From contig JAHLWZ010000796.1 of the NCBI GenBank assembly GCA_020536535.1, forward strand, positions 62,001-126,000: a stretch of DNA of 64,000 nt. The letters run 5' to 3'. The notes beneath the pieces are model-generated. The model ran no database searches. It was given only the letters and a program-made list of their open reading frames with translations, and was not told where the DNA came from. The position numbers were made by a program, and so were the translations under genes. How positions within the stretch are numbered: the first letter of the stretch is position 1; each line of letters begins with the position of its first letter. Shown here piece after piece: positions 38,619-49,890 of this stretch. Source of the DNA: Pelomyxa schiedti (taxonomy: Eukaryota; Protista; Evosea).

Positions 38619-41600
38619 ATGTCTGCTAAGTACGGGGCCGTCTCCAACGTGCCGGCCTCGCAGTATCAGGCCCGTCAGCCCCCTTCTCAGGTGCCTCCCT
38701 CGCCCCCGTCCCATAATCCAGCCACATCAATTTCACTGACCTCATACGCGTATTCCTCTCCATCTGGAGTTGCAATGGCGACTGCGTCAGCCGCCGCAAT
38801 GACGAGCATTAACCAGCGGGAGCCGAAAAAGCACATTAAGCTAAACACCAAAGTAACCAAGAAACAACAACCGCAAGACCTACAGAACCAACAACAGCAG
38901 TATTTCCAGCAAATGAATTTTCAGCAGCAGCAATATGCCATGTCACAACAACAACAACAACAACAACAAATTCAATCACTGGGCAGAGGAGGAAGGGCCA
39001 GCAGCCCTGATCAACAGATGGTCGCCGTTTCTCCATACGGGGTGTATCCCACAATGACGCCAATGGTGGCACCGCAGGTGGGCTCGGCAATAATGGTGCC
39101 TACCGCGTACTACACACCACAGCCGCAGCCGCAGCAACAGCAACAGATTATGGGATACGGGGGAGTCCCGCAGAGGGTCATTTCTCCACCACGAGGCAGT
39201 TCGCCATTGACCAGGCCTGAGTCTCCCAACCCTTTGGTCATGGCCCAGCCAACAGCTTCTTCTTCCCCACTGCTGCCAATTGTGGATTCCGCGAACCGGG
39301 CCACCTCTCCGTCCTTCATGTATTCTCAGTTATCTTCCTATGGTGCCGTGCCCTCCGTGCCTCCATCGCAGCCGCAGCAGCTATCGGCGTCGTCGCCGAC
39401 GTCATTAGCAGTTCAAGGAGGCACCAGTTCCGCCCCTTCGTCGCCTGTGCAGAGGGTGGACGAGGCTAGGCAGCCACTGCATCAGTTGTACAATGTTCAC
39501 AGCGGATTCAGGGGCGTTATTGTGGAGTTGAACTTAAGCCCTCATGTGCACTCTCCTCTTGGTGGGAATGCTCCCAATCCAGAACAGATGCAACTGCGGG
39601 ACCCTCGCGGCACGGTGCTTCTGAGATCGCCATTTGAGGGTGAAAAAACTGCTTGTTTCAAACCTGAGTATGTGGAGAGTGGAGGAATGCGCGTTTTCTA
39701 TGGAGATGAACTTATTTTTGACTTGAAGCGAGGACGGAGTTCTAGACTCCATGCCCTCAGTGTCGCGGTTTTGCGCTTCACAGATACACCATGCCACCGA
39801 ACATGGGGTGACATACCACCTGGTGGCGACCAATTTCATGGATTTCTCCAAAAACTGGAAAGCCTTGACCCAACTACTCTGCAGCTCGCACGAAGTTGCC
39901 CAGCTGTTTTGCAACTGGTGTCTTCACAATGTACCTCCACAACAGTAATTTTCCTGTGTGGCTTTGTGTGCAGTATCCTTGGGCTGTCACATCATGATAC
40001 AGAATTCTGGAGTCCCATTGTTTGTAGCAATATTTTACCGTCACTCCTGTCCACCACAGGTCCCCTTCTACGTGAGGGGGACACCATTACGATGAACAAT
40101 CTTCCTAAAATCAAAACAATGGCAACGTTGATTGCAGGAACTTCTGGGGCTAGGATGCTCAGCTCCCTTCTGGAGGCTATTGTCCGGTGCCACAAAAATG
40201 AGAAAGAGAACACTGCAACCAATTCAGTGTCTTCCTCTGATGAACCTGTATCGGAATTCCTGTTGGGCCTGTTCCGCTGCTCACACCCCCTTCAGCGCAG
40301 TGACCCCATTTCTATGTTCGATTGGCAGCAACTGCCTCTAGTTCCCACTAACGACGAACTGTTTGCATGTGACCTCTCAGAGCTGAGTAACACACTCAAG
40401 TCACTTCCTGAAGTTTGTAATTTGTACATTATCCCCTGGTAGAAAACTCTTTTGGCAGGTGCGAACAAATACCCCTTACCCCTCAGTGCACAACTATCTG
40501 GAGACCTATTTTCGCCTTTATAGAGCAGATTGTTTCATGGTGTGCCCTCTTCCGTCACTAAATTTACACCAATAATTTTTAGAATCTCAGCAAATACATT
40601 GAACCACTGATAAATCCCACTTCATCACACAAATTTGACCCAAGAGATATTGCTGTGTTTGATACTCTAATACTTCGAGGTGTTGATACAACAGACTCAC
40701 GGGAATTGGTTTACATTCTCCGATGTCGTCCTCGCTCCACTTTATGTGTGAGATTTCAAAACCTTTCATTTGGCAACCTTCTTGCACTGTCGTTGGATGG
40801 CTCCTTCAGAGATGTTATTTGGGTTACATTGGCATCTTCTGTGTCAACAACTGTCAGAAAAGATATTCGAAGTGCCAACAAGGATAACCCCCCTTTCCTG
40901 GATTTGAAGGTGGTCTTTTGTACCAAAGCAAATGGTGGAGTGGATGCAGAAATAACAGCTGCGCATTCGCTTGCTTGTGGAAATCACTGTGCCCTTCTTG
41001 TGGAGAACCCAGTATTCTTCCTTGCATATGAACCTGTTCTAAGCTCTATACACAACTTAAATCAACTGCGACCCCTACCTTTTGCAGACGAATTGTGTTT
41101 CTGCAAATTACCTGAAGCGCGGAGTGAGCCCGTAAAGGCTCCAACCACTGCCACACGGCCTCTCGAGCCTCTCCCCACATTGGCTGTTTCTAAGATTACA
41201 GATTGTTTCACATTTTCTTCTACTCCAGCTCAGGCAATAAAACTCGATTTTTGGGGTGTGTCCACAGGTGCCTCTACGACTGGGAACAGCAATAACAAAT
41301 TATCAGAGATTCCCCCATCAGCATCAATACTTCCTTCAAAGCTTCAAGTACCCTCACCAACTCTAGTGCCCTCCCTTACAAGAACAGCAACAACATCTTG
41401 TGTAGTCTCACCTTCAAGTTCTGCCACTAATGCCGCTGTTCAAAATGCAGTAGTTCCTCCCTCACACAATACGATCCTCTCTGACACTAAGGCTCTGCAA
41501 GACCTCCTTTCTTCAGAGCCAGATGTATTTGGTACATTCGATCCACAGCAGAGGGATGCCTTCCTTGATTTTACTGTCAGACGGCTGTCCCTAACACAAG

Positions 41601-44600
41601 GGCCCCCTGGTAGTAAAATTTCTACAAGACATTCAATGCTCAACGCTTTTTAGGTACTGGCAAGTCTTATCTTGGTTCCAGGATTGCCTATGCTTTAGCA
41701 TGTCTTTCAGAACGATCGAAGAAGTGGGAAGGCCCTATTTTGGTTATGTCCTACAAGAATCATGCACTGGATGAGCTTCTTGTGGACATAAAGCACTTGC
41801 TGGATACAAAGTTCCCCCGCAGCAAAGAGGGAGCGTACAGTATGATAGCCAGACTTGGACGAAGCCCAAAAATGGATGCTGAGGTTTCAAGATTTACCTT
41901 AGAAAATCTCTACGCCACTGTAAGAGCAAATAGAGAGTTACCCATGCCAATCCGGAGTCAGTTTTCTTTTGCTATAGAGGCAGTGAAAAAGGCACTCAAG
42001 GAAGTAGAAGCACTAATGAATTTATTGACACAGTCACTGCATGGTATGACCCTGATGGATTTCCCAGAATTTGACAAAGCCATACCACCGGAGGAAGAAT
42101 GGAATGCCCAAATATGGCTGAATAATACACTTAATTCAATTGAAGCAGATCTGACTCAACGTGAGAGTAACATAAAAGGGGTTAGTGGGGTTGAATTGGA
42201 GGCCGAAACAAGAGGTACAGACCTTGAAGATGAAGAAGATGAAGAACGTAAAGCCGAGGATGAAGAGAGGATGGCAGCTGTAGGCTTAAGTAGCAAGAGG
42301 AAAAAACGGCTAAATCAGCAGCAAACTGGGACAATTTTCAACTTAGCCAACCTGGCTTACCACTATCAAAATATGTTCCCTGACTTCAAGGACACTGAGA
42401 TCCCTTCACGTCTGCCTCTGTATGACCCAGTTCCTTTCCTCATAAAGATTCTCCTGATAAGACATGACTACTGTGTTAGTAAAATAAAGGTTGCCTTAAA
42501 GGAATATACCTCCTGCCTGAATAGGGTCCATACCAGTAGTGTGCTTGTTAATGCCTATACTCTGCGCCACAATGACAATGTGGATAAACGAGTTTCAGTA
42601 GTTGGTTGCACCATAGTAGGAGCAGCCATCCACCATGACACAATTGCGGCAATTTCACCATCTGCTCTTATTATTGAAGAAGCTGCTGAAATTGCTGAAC
42701 CAGCTTTATTGGGCACTCTATTCCCTTCTCTGAAGAGGATTATAATGATTGGAGGTGATTTCTTTTCTTAGTAGTCTCAAACCAATTGTTAAAGAATTCT
42801 TACCGTAGACCACAAGCAGCTCAGAGCTACTGTAGAGTGCCATAGTTTGGAAACTTTGAAACACCTCGATGTGAGTGCATTTGAGCGTTTGATAAACAAC
42901 AATTACCCTGTGGTCACTTTGCTGACTCAGAATAGAATGCTAGAATCCTTACTCACACCCGTGTTGTTGCATTATAGCAGATTAGAATCCAACTTGGAGA
43001 GAGTTTCAAAACTAAAACCTGAGCCATGGTTGCAAAAACCACTTTTTTGGTGGACACACTCTGAGTTTGAAGACTCGCATAACACCCTTGGTAGAAGTAG
43101 GTTAAATTCCTATGAAGCCAACCGTGCCATAACTTTGATATCTTTCCTGCTGCTACAAGGGACCCCACCCCAGGATATTACATTTCTTACCCCATATGTT
43201 GGCCAGGTATCATTCCTCCTCAAATGAGCATACTGACCACACAAAGCTCATGGAAATGAAAGCTTTGCAAAAGAGGTTTCATGCACTAAACCCCTTGCTC
43301 GGATTGAAGGAAGTACAAGCTCATACAGTTGACGAGTTCCAAGGCACTTTTTCCGTTCCTTGTTTTTTTGGTCTTACACCCCTGAAGGTGACGAGAATAA
43401 CATCATTATTCTGTCACAAGTTCGCAGTGCCCCACCTAATTCACCCCCGTCCATAGGATTCTTGCGCCAGGTGAACAGACAAATTGTGGCAACAAGCAGA
43501 CAAAAGATTGCACTGATAATAATTGGAAACCACTCCACGTTCTCCTTTTCACCTGAATGGAAAAGATTAATTGAGTTACTGCAAGCAACTAGCCAGGCAG
43601 AAGGTGGCTGTGTATTAAAAGAGCTTCCCTTGATATGCCCCCGCCACAAGAAAGTCATTCGGCTTGATCAACCACTTCAATCCGTGGGGAACCTGACAGG
43701 TTGTGGAGAAGTATGTGGTGCTAAACTGCCCTGTGGACATTTTTGCAAAGGTAAATGCCATGGTCCTGAAACAAATCATTTCAAGTGCAAGGAGCTTGTG
43801 ACAGCACAGTTTGAATGTGGTCATACACGCTCTGTTATGTGTGGAGCGCAACTTAAACAAAAGTGCTATGAAAAAGTACCAGTGTGCCCACCATGTGGGC
43901 ACAAAACAGTGTGTCTATGCTACAAAAAAGACAAATACGTATGCTTTTTCCCTTGCACAAAAAAAAACCCCTCCTGTAAGCATCAGTGTTTATTGCGTTG
44001 TGGGGTACCATGCAACTCTCGCTCTTGCAAAATATGTGTCACTACATTGATGGAAAGACTCCTTCCAACAATGCGAAGAAAGATGAACAGGCGCATCAAA
44101 AAGGGAAAAGTACCACCCCAAAAAGAAGGTTCCCTTAATGAAAAAGAGCGGGCAATGCTTCTTGCTTCAATTCATTCCCTGCAACTCGGAACTCCACATT
44201 CTCTTACTGATGAGGAATGGTACTCTCTTCTCGATTCTCTTTCCCCCTCTGATTTCTTTGAACCCCTGGGTCAAGACCATTTCCTTTCCAATGGTGATGG
44301 ACTCAATGAACTTGAGGCCTATGAAAAAGTTTGGAAAATAATCACTACACAAATGAATATCCGTATCCCAAGTGCATGGTCAATAACACCCTTATGTCAA
44401 GGCTATCTAGCCTTACGTGAAGCACTTGTGCCTGATGCACTAAAGGAACTAAGAGAAGTATTTAACACCCTCTTACACGTCTCTGAAGACACTGAGGAAG
44501 AGGAGTTTGTTGATGACAATTCAAATAAGCCTGAAAGAATATATAAGAAAATTCCACACATTTTGAGCTCCGCCATACGACGCACACATGACGTACTGTT

Positions 44601-47456
44601 GGATTATATTACTGGCCAAAACAACATTGCCTCCAAAAGGTATTCACATTACCAAGACTTTGTAACAGAAGACCTTCCCACGCTTGCCCACAAGCTTACA
44701 TCAAGCCTCCATGCAGACAATTTATCATTTCTATCAAAAGAAGCCCTATCCATTGCGCGGAAATGGGGACTTCCTGTGGGGTCTCTAAAGCAAGAGTTTA
44801 TTCTTCATCCGGAGTTGTGCCCTCCCCATCTCGAGTTGGAAAAGCGCAGCTTATACATCCCTGAAAACCATGATATGGCGTTCATCACCATAGATATCCG
44901 TAGGGCAGGTTTTACCGTACTTTCTTTGACTACACCCTCTGTTGTTGCCTACTCTGAAAAGTGGGAGGACTTTGTGGAAAATGTAATTGCACAGCACCAG
45001 CAATCGACCCGCGAGACTCTACTACCAGATGTCATACAACACTTCAAAGCCATGAGGACAGCTCTTCTTGGAAAGCTATGCCATAAAAAAAATGCAATGC
45101 TTCAAAGTCACATACTGCGTTTAATAGCCCGAGCTATTTTGAATTATTGTTCTGCACGAGATTTCCCAGAAGAGGATGTGAAGCACATTAAAACTATCTT
45201 CCGCTTCTCTTGTGACGAGCTGATTATAGTCTGCCAAAAACCAAAAAATAGTTGGAAGACTCTAGAAATTGTGAAAGATAGTATTGCTGAATTCTTCCCT
45301 AAAGTCTCAAACATCATTAAAGTGGAATCAATGAGACTTGCGTGCATTCTCTTCACAGAACACATGGAACAAACACCCCCACCAGAAGAACATGAGCCCG
45401 ACGAAGATGTGATAAGACCGGGCCACATTCTTTTGAAAAATAAGTATATTGAGCCCGAGTCAGTTATTGACGAATCGTGGGAGGAACCGCAAGCTGATTG
45501 TGTACCAGTTAATCCTGGGGCGTCATTATCCCAAACTGCACCTGATGAAAAAGTCTCTTTTGTTGACACCCCCACAGGGGATCCCCCTGAGATGCAGCCC
45601 ATCAATAATGCTGAACCACCAAAAAGAAATATTTTCTTTGTCCGTGTTGGCTCCACCAAGGTATTTGATATCAAACAAATACCACAGTGGAATCTCGTTG
45701 AAGGACTGTCCATTGTTTACCACTTGCGTGAAAATCTTCAAAAAGAAGATTGGCCAAAGAATTGGTTTAATCCAGACACCTCTCTTGAGGTTGAGCTACA
45801 AGATAACCTAGAGGAACTCCCAGACACTCCACCTCCAACAGTTGAGAGCCCTCCAGTAAACTCACCAGTGATAGTTAAAAGCACAAAAGCTCGTCATTTT
45901 TTTACTCATAAAACGGCAGGTACTTGAGAACTTCCTCATAAAAGTAAATCAACCTCATTACAGATGCTAGGACTTTGGTTGCAAGTCTGAAATCAAAAAA
46001 CGGAAGTATGAGTATTCAAAAGGACATTGAGTCAAGAACAGATAAACAAGAATATTGTTCTAACATTCTCTCCCAAGTGCTTCCCTTCTCATCGGAGTTG
46101 ATGCAGAGTATGCCCGACAAAAAGAAATCAGCCTAACACAAATTAGATCAATTTGCAAATCATGCCTTTCAATTGATTCTCAAAGAGGTTCCGGAAACCT
46201 TAATCACGCAAGCCCTCCAACAGATCAACGGACACCTAGCAGATATAGCCACCCATACATACGGACATTACTCTTTTAAAACAATTCTTGGGTTAGTTAA
46301 GACTTCTGAACAGGTACCTTCTTCCCCGCAAAAAAGAGGCCAACTACCATTTATCATAGATGCAAGTTATAGCTAGCTCACTGAAAACGCACGTGTCCAC
46401 CATTTTGTTTTCCACTTGGGGGTCTGATACCATTTCCTCAATACTCCAAGTCTTCTCTCCTTTCCCTTCTCACTGTCAGTTTATTTTTGATGCACTTAGT
46501 TCTCCCATTGTTTGCAAGGTTGGGACTGCTTTGACTTTCCTTGATTAATTCCACACAGTGTGCTGAAACACTTTCCGGTTGTAACAGCCTTATTGCATGT
46601 CTACAATATGGAAATGCTGAGCAGAAGGTAAATCAATCCAAGAAGTATTTGGCGCTGTACTCAGTGAAATCACCCCAGGAATATCTGTGTACTTCAATTC
46701 TGAAGGATTCAGATACAATAAAACAATGCCGGAACGGCAAAGAACTTCTTCAGGCCGCCGGCAAATACTCAACATGTTGACATTACTCGTTTTTCCAACA
46801 ACGTTCTCACAAAAAAACAAACAGTATATAAATTTACAGACGCAACTGTGCCGCTTCCCACAACTTCAAACTCCCCCCCTATCCTCCCCATATTGGACAA
46901 AACAAGCCCAGAAAGACCTTCTGCCCAGGAATCCCACTCACCACCGCCATCAACCTCAACCTCTCCGACTTCGATTCTACATTCCGCGAGTGAAAACTCA
47001 TCCTCATCCACATCCTCATCATCAACATCCCAGCCGAGCCCACCCCCTACTCCCTTACTGGTACAACCATGTCCGATTCCAATTCCCACAGGCAAACCGG
47101 GATTCTCGGAATTGCCCTGCTCCCCTGCACCAACACCGGCGGCACCCTCGCCCTCATTGCCGCCCACAACAACGCCAATCACTCCCATAATACAAACCAG
47201 TGCGCCCCAGCCACTCCAGACCACTACTCCCCTCTCTTGTGGGTCAGTTCCCCTCCCATCATCAACATTTAGCACAGTTGCGCCACTCACCTCGACACCA
47301 GTGTCGCAATCACCCCCACTCCTTCAGTCCTCAAATCTGGCAGTAACACCCTCCAATGTCAACATGCCTTACACATGCCCAAACCCAAATACTACAAACA
47401 AAATTGCCATACCTGCACTACCAAGAGTCCAAGGGATCCCTCACAAAGGGGAATGA
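38619..47456 (+). CDS. ZNFX1: ZNFX1-like SF1 (Upf1-type) RNA helicase with NFX1 zinc fingers, fused to a polymerase-palm-like domain and Pumilio-like repeats; multi-exon
   Basis: ZNFX1 blocks: YLETYFRLYRADCF, FGNLLALSLDG, ENPVFFLAYEPVL..LPF, QGPPGTGKS, VMSYKNHALDELL, IIEEAAE, IGDHKQL, SAFERL, QNRM, LTPYVGQ, TVDEFQGDEN, SRQK, then CGEVCGAKLPCGHFCKGKCH repeats. The C-terminal extension differs from canonical ZNFX1 (see findings). Confidence 0.88.
38945..38969 (+). repeat. (CAA)n microsatellite encoding poly-Gln in the helicase N-terminus
   Basis: caacaacaacaacaacaacaacaa within a Q/P/S-rich low-complexity exon. Confidence 0.9.
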
Positions 47457-47690
47457 GAAAAAAAATGATAATTGAGGAGCCTAATGTGCCTTTTATCATT
47501 GTTTCAATACAGAAACAAGAAACAATTTTTGGGTTGGTTTTTACTGGGTGTGAACTTGCTAAAGAACGTACGATAGGTTCTGTTATTCTCCTAACTTTAC
47601 TTTATTCCTTGGGCCTGGGTGATGGTGGCTTGGTAGATATCCTCCCCAGGATCCTCTCACAGCTCTTGAGGGATATAACATGGGCTAGTT

Positions 47691-49569
47691 TCAGACATCA
47701 ACTACAATAAGGCCTATCCAAACGAGCTTGTGGGGGTCTAGGCCATTGCCAAAAGCCAGTATTTGGTGCTTTGGGTGCTGGGCCTTGACCTTTGCTATGG
47801 TGTTCATGATGCTTTTTTTATCAAACTCGGAGCCAAAGCTAGTTGCACACCTGTGGATTATCAGAAGTTGCTGAAAACCACATGTTCTTTTACCGGTCTA
47901 ATACAGTGACTGGATCACCTCTGACACAGTGCATGACCTTAAAGTCTTCCCGGCCAACATTGCATACAAGATGCAATAAATTGGATGTTGTGATCTTTGT
48001 ATAAAGGTAAACGACAGAAATAATCAATACAGTATTACCTCCGAATACCGGGTCATTTCCACTCTATAATCTGGAATTTTCATTTTTTCTGCATATAGAA
48101 GTAAGGCAATATCAACAGGGGAGCCAATGACTGTATCTCCCAGTGTTTCAGCATTATTACATAGCACTGAGAGCTAACAAGTGGGGAATTAGAAACAAGG
48201 AGTAGGAAGTGTGAAAACCTGGTTCAAGGTGAACAAGACTGGATACTGATCATCTGTCACCACTGTATTGCCATCCAATAAGGCGACTTTATTATTGCTT
48301 CTCTTTAAAAGTTATGATTGCCGACACCATAATAAATTTACATGGACAACGGAGAGCACATCTGTGTGTGCACAAAGCTTGGATACAGCACTCGAAAGAA
48401 TTTCATCAGTGGATTTGACATGCACAACATCAGTTTGGAACCGGTCCAGTATAACATCTTTTGGGGTGCCTTGGCCAAAGGAAAGCCATTTGTACATGCA
48501 AAAAACTTCAAATATACTTAATAGACCTACAAACAGTCAAATTTTGGCTTCATAACAAAGAGAAAAATTTGGTACCTGAGAAAAAGAGGTTGCGAAAGGC
48601 ATACATCACGATGGTTAGCTTTGTAAAAAAGACTGACAGTATGAGCGCAGCACCAAGGAAAACATGGTATCCCTTGGAGACAGTGGAAATCTTGTTCTGG
48701 TTGTTTTTTCGGGTTTTAGGAGAAAGATTTCTCGATTGGGGTATGAACTTCAAATCTTCTTCGGCTTTGTTGCTTATAGCGGCCTGAAACCTGTAGAACT
48801 GTTGCTGAAGCAACATGTACTGCAATTCCGCTGCCTGTACCCTCCAGGATGAGAGAGCCTTTCAATATCATGTTGCTCATTACGGGGGTATTTGGGACCG
48901 CTGTCAATTTATCTGCACTTTTTACAACACTGGTCGAGTCACCTGTAAAACAATAAGCAGTCGAAGTGACTTCCAACACTTACCTGTAAAAAGTCCCTCA
49001 TTTACACGCAAATTTTCGCAGTCTACAATACGAAAGTCTGCTGGGGCAACAGTTCCAGCCGTGAATTGAACTATGTCACCAACAACAATCTGCTGTTCAT
49101 TAAGCATGACAATCTTGTCGTTTCTCTTAACATGGTACCTTTTTGACATTTCGTTATAATTAGGGTGGACATCGTTTGGTTTTAAAGGGCGGATAGTTAC
49201 AAATCTCGGGATTCGTTGTGGGGCTTGGGTTGTGACTTGTGGGAAATGAATCGCCATGTCAGTCCGCGTAGTGCAATGTAGGAAAAAAACCCCAACAGCA
49301 AGAGCACGTCGAAACCATAGACAGATATCCCATAAGTCCACGACGTGGAGAGCGCGACCGTGCTCCACCAGGCATCTTCTGCAACCAATTTCTTTTCAAA
49401 ACTGCCAAGTGCAGGCTCATCAAGTGGCTTTCTCCTTTCTTCCTGCAAAAAAAAAAAAGAGTCTCAGATGTCAGCCCAGTTAACATCAGGGAAAAATCGA
49501 ATAGACCTCAGAGTCAGCCAATCCCGCGAGGGATGAGTCCAACAGTCTGACTACATCCGGGATCTCCAT
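47691..49569 (-). CDS. Truncated, catalytically degenerate P-type ATPase (type II-like A and N domains only); 3' end uncertain (~47540-47691)
   Basis: VKRNDK..IVVGDIVQFTAGTVAPADFRIVDCENLRVNEGLFTGDS..NMILKGSLILEGTGSGIAVHV (A domain); MCNNA..GSPVDIALL, VRGDPVTVLDRC, LAFG..LVWIGL (N domain); no DKTGT, no GDGxND, no C-terminal TM bundle. Confidence 0.75.
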
Positions 49570-49890
49570 TGTGGAGAATCTAGCGTGTCGTCGTGACAAC
49601 AACAGTCCAGTGGCGCTTTTCATTTTCCAAACAGTGTCGGTTGTTTTTTTTTTAATTTAATTTACTCGGTTCACGGTAGGCTTTTTGATTGATTGGATCT
49701 ACTGTCTTTCCAACTAATTTCCCAATTCCTGCTCGGGGAGGTTTGTGACACGTGGCTCCCCTGCCAGTAAAAACCTCCGAGCCCAAGTCCATACTTCAGG
49801 TGGTCACTGATCCAGACCCAAAACATGCAGGCAATATCTGCCATCAAACGAAATTAGAGAAATAAAAGAAGAAAGAAGAGCTTCATAAAC

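Noticed and set aside
46769-47290. 173-aa minus-strand Gly/Val-rich ORF
   Set aside because: Antisense of the Pro/Ser/Thr-rich last exon of the helicase gene.
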